A stretch of 64,000 nucleotides of DNA, taken from a virus. Lineage: Duplodnaviria > Caudoviricetes. This document shows, one piece after another, positions 19,233-30,700 of the stretch. The position numbers and the translations under genes were made by a program. Under the pieces are notes generated by a model. That model was not told the DNA's origin, ran no database searches, and saw nothing but the letters and a program-made list of their open reading frames with translations. The stretch is from IMG/VR virus record IMGVR_UViG_3300032007_000014; one strand, 5' to 3'. Position 1 is the first letter of the stretch. Each line of letters starts with the position of its first letter.

Positions 19233-19604
19233 TCAATTGAGAACTTCTGGAGCGTCGTGTCCTTTCCATTCGTTATATTCTTCGGATACTTGACCATCAG
19301 CAGTGACTTCGAAATGGCAACGAGTACCATTGTTGTAAATCACTTTTACGACAAATCCCTGGAATTCGCCGCATTCTTCTTTTGACAGATTGGAAGATTT
19401 CCTTTCTTTCATCAGATATTTTGCGATGGTAACAAGAGCGTCGAACGAAAGATCAACATTCCACTTGCCGATCTTTTCTCCATTTGAATTGAAACGGAAC
19501 AGTTCCATGCCTTCGTCGTAACAGGTTCCCGTTGTGACAATGTCGAGCTGTGCGAACACAGCGTCCCGGTTGATCGTGTTCATCATGTAGGTTACATTAT
19601 CCAT
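19233..19604 (-). CDS. Hypothetical early protein
   Basis: AGGAGG RBS; variant early motif TAAATTAC at 19652-19659. Confidence 0.7.
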   Translation of the reverse strand: MDNVTYMMNTINRDAVFAQLDIVTTGTCYDEGMELFRFNSNGEKIGKWNVDLSFDALVTIAKYLMKERKSSNLSKEECGEFQGFVVKVIYNNGTRCHFEVTADGQVSEEYNEWKGHDAPEVLN

Positions 19605-19720
19605 TTTGTACCTCCTGGTTGTTATGGATTATTTGTCGATCGTTCATCATTGTAATTTATATACAAACTGAAATCAACTACAAAAAAGGAGACCCTCGAT
19701 GAGGGTCCCCTGGGCGTGGC

Positions 19721-20125
19721 TTAGAGCCACCTGACGAAAGATGAAAATTCTTCCGAAGTCATCTCACGCACGAACACGAAGTCGTTGCGGAGCTGATGCA
19801 TCGAAACAGTTTTCTTGCTCATCGGCATGGTGCCGTGTGCGGAAAGGATCCTCGCCAGCTTGACAGTACCGTCAAGATTCTCACGAACCACGACATAGTA
19901 GTCCGGACAGAATCCGTAGGTCTTGTAAACTCTGCCGCGCAGATCGGAGTCCGTGTTGTCATCGACGATGCGGACGGTTTCGACCGGAGCCGAGACACGC
20001 ACATGCACCGGACGTTCGACGAAACGAACGGAAACGTGAGGACGATTCTCGCGCTCAAGCTCATCGACGATTGCACCACAGGTTGCGCCAGCAGCGGCGC
20101 CGAGAACAGACCAAAAATTGCTCAT
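19721..20125 (-). CDS. Hypothetical early protein
   Basis: AGGAGG RBS; variant early motif at 20171-20178; own terminator near 19690-19710. Confidence 0.72.
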   Translation of the reverse strand: MSNFWSVLGAAAGATCGAIVDELERENRPHVSVRFVERPVHVRVSAPVETVRIVDDNTDSDLRGRVYKTYGFCPDYYVVVRENLDGTVKLARILSAHGTMPMSKKTVSMHQLRNDFVFVREMTSEEFSSFVRWL

Positions 20126-20248
20126 TTGTTACCTCCTAAGGTTAGGTGTTTATTTGGTTGGTTCACGTGGATAATTTATATTTGAAATTCAATGAATAAC
20201 GCAACAGAGCACCTGGGTTTGTGCCCAGGTGCTCTGTTACTGTGTATG

Positions 20249-21412
20249 TTACTTTTCATTCCAAATGTCAAGGATGTTCTTCTCACACTTCTCCAATATC
20301 TCGTTGGACAAGCCAACTAAGAATGGACTAGAGATCAACCTATTTAAAGCACCTCTAGCGCTTGTACACGCCTCCACCTTGATCGAACCATCTTCCGTCA
20401 TGATGTAATCATCATAGACGCGAGAACAAGTTGATTTCAAGGAAGAGTCGAAGAACAGCTTATCTCCCATACGCATACCTTTGGTCTGCTTGATGTAGAA
20501 CCGGAAGATAATGGTCTCTTCAGTGAGATCAATGATTCCGATCTTATCAGTTGCATACAAAGGCTGTGAAGGAGGATAATCCTTACTGTTAGATGACTGA
20601 CTCGCCATCTTAGCACGTTCATTCTTGTCTCGTGTGATAGACTTGACAATCGTCTGTAAAGACTTACTCATATTCCTGAGTTCTGTCTTGTACATCACAT
20701 CGATCTTGACAATCTCTCCAGAATGTCCAGCTTTAGGTGTAGCTCTGTTCAAACTGCTGAGCATCTCAGCAAGTTCTTCATCCACATCATCACCAGCCAT
20801 AGATTCAGGAATGACAGATTCATCAAAGATCATGAGTGCATCTGTTGAGAGAACTTTCGTTCCAACAGTTGCAATCTTGTGAACGTTCGTGCTTGTTGTG
20901 AGAGTGATTTCTTTGACATGGATCGGATTGAATGTCATTCTGTCACACAGTGGTTGTGTAAGGATAGAAGCATCCTCAATTGTACCACCGTTATCCAGAA
21001 GGGCAACCATAGCCGGAACACCGATATTCCAGTCAACTTGTTTGCTATAAGGATCCGGAGTGAAATAGCTCTTGTTGTAGATGATGATATCATCCTTCTT
21101 GAACTTATCACCTTTCTTGAATCCATTGATTGCAACAGGTTGGTCAACCCAGAATCCATTGGAACAGTTGTTGGTGAACTCTTCACCGATATTGAGACAT
21201 ACGGTCTCTCCATCAGCATACTTGATCTTGACAATGCCAAGTTTTTCATCGACTTCCTCGATTACACCATCCTGTTTTGCAGGATAGGCAAATGGAGGAC
21301 GTGTCTTGTGCGCAACAACTTTCTCATAACCAGTTCTGGTTCGCGATGGTTTCATGTTATCCAATGGAACCACGTGAGAAGCTTGTATCGATGAGAAATT
21401 GCAGCGCTTACC
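20249..21412 (-). CDS. Virion RNA polymerase beta subunit (phiKZ gp178-like), exon 2
   Basis: Frame is open upstream of the tracked start (GKRCNFSSIQASHVVP); RTGYE, TIEDAS and GDKL motifs of RNAP beta. Confidence 0.88.
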   Translation of the reverse strand, partial: GKRCNFSSIQASHVVPLDNMKPSRTRTGYEKVVAHKTRPPFAYPAKQDGVIEEVDEKLGIVKIKYADGETVCLNIGEEFTNNCSNGFWVDQPVAINGFKKGDKFKKDDIIIYNKSYFTPDPYSKQVDWNIGVPAMVALLDNGGTIEDASILTQPLCDRMTFNPIHVKEITLTTSTNVHKIATVGTKVLSTDALMIFDESVIPESMAGDDVDEELAEMLSSLNRATPKAGHSGEIVKIDVMYKTELRNMSKSLQTIVKSITRDKNERAKMASQSSNSKDYPPSQPLYATDKIGIIDLTEETIIFRFYIKQTKGMRMGDKLFFDSSLKSTCSRVYDDYIMTEDGSIKVEACTSARGALNRLISSPFLVGLSNEILEKCEKNILDIWNEK

Positions 21413-21790
21413 CTAATGCGTTCAGATATGTTCGCTATACATATCCCGGAATTACATCCAGCTCTACATCACTGTAGATGTACAGACTATATCAACACCA
21501 GTTAAAAGGTGGATACCTTTTCGGTTCGCTTGAACCTACAGGGCGACAAACCCCATTAGTCGTTGGACACATCCTGTATCACAGGACTTCGTACCTGGTT
21601 GGGCATTGTATTGACCTTTAGCACTCTTTCGAGCTTTTATTTCAGCATGGGTCATCTCATTTATTTTTTCTACTTTCGTAACCATCACGCTTATCTTTTG
21701 GATTACGTTGTGGTTAAATGAGCTTTAGCCTTTTCCAGAGTTTAGGTATCTTTACAACCACCATCTTTCGATGATAGCGGACTATAGTTA
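21413..21790 (-). ncRNA. Group I self-splicing intron (378 nt, no homing endonuclease)
   Basis: Exon 1 ends in U, paired U-G in P1 (GAUUA-ACUA-UAGUC); terminal G at 21413; P7 elements CAACGACUA (~21557-21565) and GAUAUAGUC (~21485-21493); splicing restores NDD-GKR in frame. Confidence 0.92.
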
Positions 21791-24700
21791 ATCGTCGTTA
21801 GTAACGCCTGGCATGATCAAAGAGTTCAACGACAGCATGTTCTCTGGTTCGAGTTTGTCAGGATCCGGCGCAACCGCCATACCACGAACATTGGAGATCA
21901 GTGGGTTAAATGGAAGAGTTGCATTCAAACCAACCTTTCCATTATCAACGGTTGCTTCACTCACAACTCCAAGACTGTCTTTGGTAAATTGACGATCTGG
22001 AATCATGAATGTCTCAGCACTGCGTCCACCTGAACCAGCGTTAGAGAACTTGCTGTATGCTTTGATGTCGTCAATTGGGTTGAGAATGTTGACATTCTCC
22101 ATCAACTGTTCTTCCATGATGCGCTGCTTGATGGTGTAGTCACTCATGGAGAATTTGTTGGTCGCACCAATTGATTTGTGTTTGTATGTCGCAAATGCAC
22201 GAGCCATCTCGTTGTAGATGATACCTGTCATCTGTTCAACACCACGGAACCTGAAGTTCGTTGCAGAAGCAGCAGGTTTGTGATCACGTGTTGTCAACAT
22301 GGATGTTGCACGAATGACAAGATCTCTTACATTCGTGGGTTCTCTCATCTCACGAAGGATGTCTCGTGTAATAGGATCGATGAACAAATCAAAGAAGTCG
22401 TCGATACCTTTGATGTTGTTGATGGAGAGTTTCTTCTGTTGGAGCAGATCGTAGTAGATATCCTTCCCATCCATGTCTTCATAAAGAACATTGGAAAGAT
22501 CGAAATCATTCAGACCTGCAAACAACAGTGCGTTCACAGCAGGTACTCGTCCGATCACCAACCTCTTATCGGAGAACTTGATCACAATGTCCGATGTGTT
22601 GTTATGCTGACGCGTGCCAGCATCTTGCAGATCATAAGTAACATTGCAATAGTTCAGCATGTTGGTCAATCCATACCGATATGCAAGAGCGAAGATAACG
22701 GGAACTGCTTTGTTGAGGATGTGCAATTCCACAAACTCATCGATTGGTCCGATCGAACTCAATGTACTTATCTCAATCAGAGTATCAATGAGAGCACTTG
22801 TCTCGTAATCAGTTGGATTCTTCATGTTCACACGTGACACCATGCCATCTGCTTTGATGAAGTAACAGAAGGTATCACTTGCGAAAATACGAGTTGCAAA
22901 GAAAGTTCCGTATTTGTTCTCAAGTTCAGCATACTGACTTGTGAATTCCTTTGGGAACAGACTTTCTCTCTTGTCATACTCAAGATAGATTTCGGTATCA
23001 TTGAGTTTGACGTACTCATACTTGGTTCCGATAGAGGTGTATTCATATGACAGAGGTCTGGTTGGATAGTTGCACTTTCCAATCTTTGTCTGCACAGTAA
23101 TTCCGGCATCTTTGGATTTGCTGAGCAACTTGCCGAACCAAGACATGAAGTCATGTGCAACATTCGTGTTCCTCTCAACAATGACTTTGTTGAAGTTGGA
23201 GTTAAGAGTTACACGAATGGGAGACACCTTGCAGATCGGATTGGATACACGCTGTTTGGTCATGGCTTTCAACGAACCATTGACTTTGGCACGACCTTTA
23301 TCATCCACCTTCGGTATCGTGAACTTGATCCGATGTGTCTTGTGCTTGGTGTCTTCGTATGTTGCTGTGATGGTACGAAGTTCGTTCAATTCATCGATAC
23401 TGACTTCATCCTTCACATCTGTAAGGAACATTCCTTGTTTGTTGAAGGACGTAAGGATGTTACCGATGTCTCGATCCATTGCTTTCTTGACATAGGTTGC
23501 ATCAAGTTCGGCAATGGATGATGCTGTATCTGGACGATCATCCTTATCCACATCTGCAACTGCAGCATCTACCTTGTCATCTTCGAGTTTATCATCGATT
23601 TTCTTGGTGACTTCGGCAAGGGATTTTCCACCGATCTGAAGAGTCTTGTATTTACGACTCATCTCTTTTGCACGTTCTTTCTGTGCGGGGGAGAGATCTG
23701 GTGTTTCTTCGATTGCTTTATCCGCTGCTTTGTCGAGTTCTTCTTCATCCACTTTTGCAGCTTCTTCCAACTCATCTGTTGTCATGGGTTGGTCGAAAGT
23801 AGGAGCATTGGGTTCTGTTTGTTTCTCATCAACGGTGACGAGTTTCTCAGCAACCACGGGTGGTTCAGTAGGAGATTCTTCTTCGATACCATCCATCTCT
23901 TGTTCAACAACACGATGTCCGTTTGCTGCAAGCAAGTTGACATGTGCGATAATACGAAGCAATGCTGAATTTGCAGCACCATTCATCTCCTTGAGATCGC
24001 GGAGATTGTGGATGATAAAGTAATCTCCAGCTGTGAAGATGAAGTTGATCTTCTCATACAGTCTCGGAGGAACCATCTCAAAGATAGAGGTGGTATAAGG
24101 AACTTCATCTCCGAACCCTTCCAACGCCGCGATAGGATCGGCATCGATTGCAAAGTTGGCGAGATTGGTGAAGAAGTCACCTGGATCAAGGTCTGGATCA
24201 AATCCTTCGAGAGACATATCCATACCTTCTTCCGATGCTTCAACTGGTTCAAGGATTTCGCCACGTTTCGGAAGATCGACCTTCTTTGCAAGGATAGCGT
24301 AATAGTGTGCAAGGAAGATGTAGGTGGACACTTCTGGATAGACCATAGAGACCTTGTCCATCTTCTTGAACACACGAATAAAGTCCTGTTTGCTGAACTG
24401 AAGATTTCCAATGGGAATATGAATGTAATGATCCAGTTCAGGAATGCGGTTGATCGTGTTGATGATGTTTGCCAGTATTACAGCAACCTGACGCATCCTC
24501 CTTCTCAGACCAACGATACGTGCTCTGAACAGAGCATTGTAGTTGATGACAGGTTGAGTGGATGGACGAACAGGGATTTGTGTTGGATCTGGATAGAACA
24601 TCACGTTCGGCATAAGGTCACGCTTGTAATTTGCAAGAGCAACCTGAACACCTGTAAGCGTATAGATCATACCAGAATAATCTGGTTGAATCAGATCTGT

Positions 24701-24940
24701 TGGAAGTGCAGGACGAGGTCCAGTCACGTGATAGACAAACTTCTTGTAATTGTTAATATTCAAGAGTTTGTTATCCAGACGTGGAACCATTCTCAGAGGA
24801 CCATCTGAGTTGAAGTTATCCAAGATGTGAAGACAGGAATTCAAAGGGAATTCTTTGAGGTCACTGATCCTGAATACTTCTTTGAAGCGAGAGACTCGCA
24901 TCGTCTCATACCTGAGACGAAATTGGGCGTGTCTGAGCAT
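21791..24940 (-). CDS. Virion RNA polymerase beta subunit (phiKZ gp178-like), exon 1; spliced product 1437 aa
   Basis: KQRVSNPICKVSPIRVTLNSNFNK, FIDPITRDIL, GSGGRS, GVVSEATVDNGKVG; ends MPGVTNDD, equivalent to beta EHDD. Confidence 0.9.
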
Positions 24941-25042
24941 GAAATATTCTCCTTAAGGTAGAGTTATCAAATTGCATAAGATGGCGTTTAAGGGTATTTT
25001 AAACAAAAAAAATAAGGGACCTCCGAAGAGGTCCCAAGCGGA

Positions 25043-25267
25043 TTACTCCGCGATTGCTTCGTCCGGAACTGTTGCGTCAACGGCCAAGCCGATACCAACG
25101 ACAACAGCAACAACCGCTCCAACAACTGCTGTGATTCCGAGAATCGCGTGCAGACACTCCGTCCGTTTGCGCTTCTCTTCTTCGAGCTTATTGGCTTCGT
25201 TGACCATGTCTTGAATGACGCTGTCATTGACACGATTGTTACGATCGTAATTTCTCTCACAGAACAT
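25043..25267 (-). CDS. Small single-TM membrane protein
   Basis: AGGAGG RBS, ATG 25267; hydrophobic ILGITAVVGAVVAVVVGIGLAV; early motif at 25308-25315. Confidence 0.72.
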   Translation of the reverse strand: MFCERNYDRNNRVNDSVIQDMVNEANKLEEEKRKRTECLHAILGITAVVGAVVAVVVGIGLAVDATVPDEAIAE

Positions 25268-25347
25268 AACTACCTCCTTATGGTTTTGTTGTTCAATGTT
25301 CACGTTGGTAATTTATATTCGAAAGTGAATGGAATACAATTTTGACA

Positions 25348-25476
25348 AAAAAGAAACCACCGTCACCTGTGGTTGTCTGCGGGACCTGTGTCTCGGTCGG
25401 ATCCGCATAGTTTCACACCCAAGGACACGGTGTGCTGAGCGCCAGAGAAGATGTGCGATATCTTCAATGAACTCAC
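25348..25476 (-). ncRNA. Candidate structured early small RNA (~130 nt)
   Basis: Between TATATTAC (25481-25488) and a hairpin plus U-tract; four local stems; GC-rich; no RBS-led ORF. Confidence 0.5.
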
Positions 25477-25575
25477 CTGTGTAATATATACCCATTCGTC
25501 TATGAGATACACTGTGTAATATCTTGCAATGATACGATGTATTATAGAACTCAAACAAACATAAGGAATAATACC

Positions 25576-25839
25576 ATGGGTGAAGAGAACAAGAAAGAAG
25601 AAAAGACCTTCTGGCAAAAGGCAGGACACGTGTCATTGATAACCCTGAAACTTGCAGGCATTGCTGCATACGGGATCGTATGTCATATGCTTAAATGGGA
25701 ACCAGATGGTTCTCCTCCAGAAAAGCATGTCGATCCAGATGCTGAGCTGAAGAGAAAAGGATATGAAAAGACAGGTGTCGAAGTCTGGTATGACGATGAC
25801 GGTTGCAGAAGAGAAAAAGAAATTTGGAGCAAAAAATAA
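25576..25839 (+). CDS. Small membrane-anchored hypothetical protein
   Basis: AAGGA RBS, ATG 25576; one hydrophobic segment. Confidence 0.6.
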   Translation: MGEENKKEEKTFWQKAGHVSLITLKLAGIAAYGIVCHMLKWEPDGSPPEKHVDPDAELKRKGYEKTGVEVWYDDDGCRREKEIWSKK

Positions 25840-25882
25840 AAGGCAACTGCCGACTCGTGAGAGCCGGCAGTGCCAATCATTT

Positions 25883-26155
25883 TTATTCACCGATGTTCGC
25901 GAATCTTTCGTTGATTTCTCGCGCCCATTCACGAGCGGCTCTGTATTTGCGCACAATGCTGATACCACCGGTGATGGTGGTGAAAGCATAGAACGCGTAG
26001 ACGAGCATGACGCCAACGAACGCGATCCATCCGCAGTTCAGTGTGCTCAATCCGTAATGGTAGTCCACGATGGCGATGATTGCCGGCGGCATGTACCAGA
26101 CGATGCAAGCGATGAGAACTTTGACGATGGTGAGACGGACGACTTGGTTTTCCAT
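25883..26155 (-). CDS. Small two-TM membrane protein
   Basis: AAGGAGG RBS; TATATTAC at 26203-26210; two hydrophobic helices. Confidence 0.72.
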   Translation of the reverse strand: MENQVVRLTIVKVLIACIVWYMPPAIIAIVDYHYGLSTLNCGWIAFVGVMLVYAFYAFTTITGGISIVRKYRAAREWAREINERFANIGE

Positions 26156-26311
26156 TTTGTACCTCCTTGTTTGGTTAATGGATTTGTTGTTCGTTCATGC
26201 GGGTAATATATGTCCATTCATCATTGAAGTACATGAATGTATTCGAAACATTTTCACATCTAAATCATTTGCGTGCTTTTACAACCATTTTAAAACTTTA
26301 GGAGGTACAAC

Positions 26312-26878
26312 ATGGTTAAGCATCTTAAATGGATGTGTAGAGATCTGATGATTCAGGCTACATTCTGGTCAACTCTACTTTTCTCAATATCACATCCACA
26401 CACCCACAAGTATCTTGTTAGCAATATCAATGCTAACATGATGGCAATCCAAGGTGTCATGACTTCAGTCATGATTATCATCAGCAACTCATCATTCAAC
26501 AAATGGGGTGACAAAATCTTCAAGTATTTTCCACACATGTGCATAGCTGAGATCATTGCATACGGGTTCGCACTGACTGCTGTTGGATTTGGATATATTT
26601 CACCAACACTCTACATTCTCATTGATATTTTTGCATACGGATGCATCACACGCAACATGATCTGTTCTGGTAACAGATTGCGTAGAATCATCTACAAAAA
26701 TGAGATTAGAGAACGGTATGACAACAGCGCTCCGATCGCGAACTCTGCCGCGTGTATTATTGGTGGGCTTCTTGCACTTATCCCATTCCCAGATTGGTTG
26801 CCATGGATTGTTATGATCTGCGGTATTTCAGTGGACAATGTATTCTACCTGATAATATACAAAAGAGCAGTGAAATAA
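26312..26878 (+). CDS. Multi-pass membrane protein (about 5-6 TM)
   Basis: AGGAGG RBS; several hydrophobic stretches; terminator near 26885-26912. Confidence 0.72.
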   Translation: MVKHLKWMCRDLMIQATFWSTLLFSISHPHTHKYLVSNINANMMAIQGVMTSVMIIISNSSFNKWGDKIFKYFPHMCIAEIIAYGFALTAVGFGYISPTLYILIDIFAYGCITRNMICSGNRLRRIIYKNEIRERYDNSAPIANSAACIIGGLLALIPFPDWLPWIVMICGISVDNVFYLIIYKRAVK

Positions 26879-27005
26879 ACTGCAGAGAGGCACCCATGTG
26901 GGTGCCTCTCTTTTTTGTTTATCTTGACCTAATCTGCCATCTTATAGGCTCTTCGAGGTCATTAACCACTTGAGCTGAACCCTATAACAACTATGGATTA
27001 AATAC

Positions 27006-27788
27006 ATGGAAACCAAGAAAGAACAACGTGACTTAAAGTCCCTCATGGACGATGTCTGCAAGGATCTTGTCTCACCTTACGTGCGACAAAAAGAACGTAT
27101 CTTTGTTGACATAGAGGCACTTTATGATTTCAAGTTAGGAGCACTTCTTGCTCTAACATCAGAGAAGGAGTATCCTTATATTCTTGAACACTTGCCAGAG
27201 TATACAAGTGCAAGAGATCTTGAGATCATGAAGTACTTTCCTGACCTTGATTTCACAGAGGAAACGATAGTGAAATTCATGCAAGATGAGAAACACAGGA
27301 CAATGCTTTCATTGCTTGCACCTCCTCTATCTTTGTTGGAAGATTTCAGAGATATGATTGCAGGAATCAACACCTACAATACATCAAAGGAATCTCACGA
27401 ACCTCTCAAGATAACCATCAATCAATCCACATTCCAAATCGATGACATTGCTAAAGCAAGACTCATCGAGTATATCACCTCCATAGATCCTCACATTACA
27501 GTTGATTTTGTGAGCTATCAATGGAGTGAAATACCAAAGGAAATCCTTGCTAAACAAGACATTCTGATCATCTATGACATCGTGTCTTTTGTTGCAGCAG
27601 ATTCCAAGTTTGTGGATTGTTGTAGAGAAGGATTGCTTGGTAAAACAACCATAGCAACCTTCATACAAGTGACAAACCATAATTGCGATGAAGGTGAAGC
27701 GATTGCCAATTTCTCGGCAACGATGAACATCTTCTGCAATAACTTCCTAGTCTTAGAAAAGGAACTTCTTATTGGGAACCCTGAATAA
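27006..27788 (+). CDS. Hypothetical protein coupled to the tape-measure gene
   Basis: IFVDIEALYDFKLG N-terminal motif; TAATG overlap with the next gene; late motif at 26937-26946. Confidence 0.65.
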   Translation: METKKEQRDLKSLMDDVCKDLVSPYVRQKERIFVDIEALYDFKLGALLALTSEKEYPYILEHLPEYTSARDLEIMKYFPDLDFTEETIVKFMQDEKHRTMLSLLAPPLSLLEDFRDMIAGINTYNTSKESHEPLKITINQSTFQIDDIAKARLIEYITSIDPHITVDFVSYQWSEIPKEILAKQDILIIYDIVSFVAADSKFVDCCREGLLGKTTIATFIQVTNHNCDEGEAIANFSATMNIFCNNFLVLEKELLIGNPE

Positions 27789-30700
27789 TGGCCGATGACA
27801 AAGACGATTTCTCGACCGAGTATGATGATCTCGATCTAGATCTGGATATCATGGGTGACGAGGGTGACTTGATGGATGACAATGGTTCACGCCGTCCATC
27901 AGCAGTAACCAAAGAGTTCTTCTCAGGTGCTTTGAGTGGCCTTGGCCAAGGAATGAAGAAAGTTGCTGCAGATGAATTTGCACGCAAGTTTCCTGTCGCA
28001 TCTCAGGTAAAATCTGAGGTAGATCAGACTTATCAAGAGTTCCAGCAACTCAAGAGTGATCTTGCACAGCAACTCCAGCCAATGCTGACATCTCTGGAAG
28101 ATAGTGCTACAAAACTTCTTCCAAAAGCTAAGAAGCTGATACCTTCTCGACTGTATGACAAGATATCCAAGAAGTTGGATGCGCGTGCCAAAGCAAGACG
28201 AGAAGAAGCTGCAGCTTCTAGACAACCTTCCAAAGAAGAGTACGAAGCTGAGATGATTGCTGGTGAACTTAGTGCTCTCTTTGGAGAGCAGACTGAGTAC
28301 CAGCAAGCGCAAGCCGCTGAGCAGAGACAAGCCAATGTTCTGAATCAAGCTCTGGAAGCAACCAGAGCTCACAAGTTGAACATTGGTCTTGGTCACATCT
28401 ATGAATCCGTCAGGTGGACGGAACAGTTCCACCGCACTACGCATACTGCGTATATGAAGAAGAGTCTCGAGTTAAAATACAAACATTTGTTTGCAACTCG
28501 TGATATCTTCAACTTGATAAAACAGCAGACTTATATGCAGAACGAGTACCTGAAAGGTATCGCGAAGAATACAAGTCTTCCTGAAATTGTCAAGGAAAAA
28601 CCTCTCGACTACGTGTACCACGAGAAGACCAAGTCTTATGGTACAAAGATGGCTGAATTCACTGGTAACTTCAGAAGGAAACTCTTCCAAACTGTAAAGC
28701 AACGTGGAGTGGAATTCATTCAGAATGGTATCGGTGGATTGGTATCCAACCTCCAGCAAGCTGCTGATGCTGCAGATATGGCAGCAGGTATTCCTGGTGG
28801 TGACAGCATGGTGAAAGGAATGGCTGCAAATACAGCTGGCTCCCAGATCATGTCTGCTATCATTAACAATACCATCGGTGGTGCTGGTGTTCGCGCCATC
28901 ACAGATAAACTGACTCCTTACACCCAAGATCTTGATAAAACTCTTGCGAATGTGAAGACAGATTTTCTGTTGAAGCTGAACAAGAAACGTCAAGAATGGA
29001 TGGCTGGTGGAGGTGGAATCTTTGGTAACCTGATGGCTACTGTAGCAGGTGCATTGCCTGGTATGGAAGCACTCAACTATGGTACCAACGACCTCCTTAC
29101 CAAAGGAAATGAACCAACTGCATTCGACAAGCTGACACGTCAATCCATTGTCGAGATCATCCCTGGATTCCTGGGTAAGATCTTACAGTCTATTGATGCG
29201 GTCAGAACTGGAGAGATGCAGGAGGAAACTGTTTACGATATCAGATCTCGTGCGTTCACTTCGGTTTCGAAGATGAAAGAGACTGCTATCGAAGCCATGT
29301 TTGGTGAAGAGTCGGTTCGTCAAGATATGCTTGGTCGTGCACTCGGTACTCTGAAAGCAGGATATGCTACAGAGCATACAAAAGAACAAACAGATCAAGC
29401 ATTTAAGAATCTCGATAAAGATATCTATCGAGTCCTCTTGAACCACGCCATACACAATCTTCCTATTGATCCTCTGAAAATGAGGAAGTTCGCTACAGCG
29501 GGAGGAGTCCCCTATAACGAACTTGATGTTTACACAAGGAACATCATCAACAAGGTTGAACATCCAGTTGAAGCACTTAGGGTGATTGCAGATGCTGTGA
29601 TTAACCAAGATGGTGCTATCGACTCTGGTGTGATGACAGAACTGAAGACTGCGATCTTCCGTATATTCGATTCGGATGCTTACAAAGAAGAGCTTCCGAA
29701 GATGTTCGAAGATTGGGGTCAGAGAAGGTTCTTCCAAGATCAGTTCACGAAAGTGGATCGTGATCGTTTGCAACGTGCTGCGGATGCTGGAGATCAGAAT
29801 GCATTGAAACTTCTCCGTGAAGGAGAAGGATTGATTCAAGCTGGAACCAACAAGTTCAATCTCGGTAAACTTACTGAGATGGGATCTGATATGGATTACA
29901 GTGGTGTCTCTAGAATCTCCAGAGAAACCATGACTGATGTTGGTGAACGTCTGAAGAATTCATCAGAACTTCGTAAGACAATGACTGCTAACATTGGATC
30001 AGCTGGTGCTGCAGCAAGTCGTGGAATTGGTAAAGTACTTGGTAAAATCGGTGATCTCGGTGCACGAATTGGTTTATCACCAATATGGCTGGATGAACTC
30101 ACTGATAAGTTATCAGGTGCTACTAACGAAGAGACAGTTGCAAAACTGAGAGACTTTGCTAGCAAGCATGGATTCTCGGTTGATCGATTCACCAATTGGA
30201 CATTGAGTGAAGAAGACAAAGATGCCGCAAGAGCAGAAGAAGACAAGTCCGTCATCGAAAGTGCAAAGAGTGTCATTGGAAGATATGCAAGTAAGCTTCC
30301 AGCTGACTCTAGAAAATTCTTTGAAGAGATGTATGATCAGCTCCCTGGAGCAGCACAAGGTGTGCGTTCAAAGATGCAATCAGCTGGTGCTGATCTCGGA
30401 CAAGCTGTTCAGAATGCAGCGTCTTCTGTCAGATTCAATGACACTTCTATCGTTGAAGCTCTGACCAATATCAACAGAGATATGGGCGACGGTTTCGCAA
30501 GCATAGCTTCATTGCTGGTTGGCGAAATGGTCAAACCTAAATCTGGTGATCAAGCTTTGTACGATAGACTTCGTGATATCGTCGCGAACAAATCTACAGC
30601 TCCTGCAGGTGCAACAAATATGCAGGAAAGATTCCAGAATGTTGACGTTACTGAAACTGATACATCAGAAGAGTCTATTCCTGGTTCCAACCCAATGCTT

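Noticed and set aside
20249-21373. Separate 374-aa RNAP gene as given by the ORF track
   Set aside because: It has no RBS and the frame continues up to the intron 3' splice site; it is exon 2 of the beta subunit.
21788-21790. Stop-codon reassignment or read-through to explain the split RNAP gene
   Set aside because: Other genes are intact under the standard code, and the gap has clear group I intron elements.
25348-25476. tRNA or known riboswitch
   Set aside because: No T-loop GTTC, cloverleaf or recognisable aptamer consensus; I saw no tRNA or rRNA anywhere in the window.
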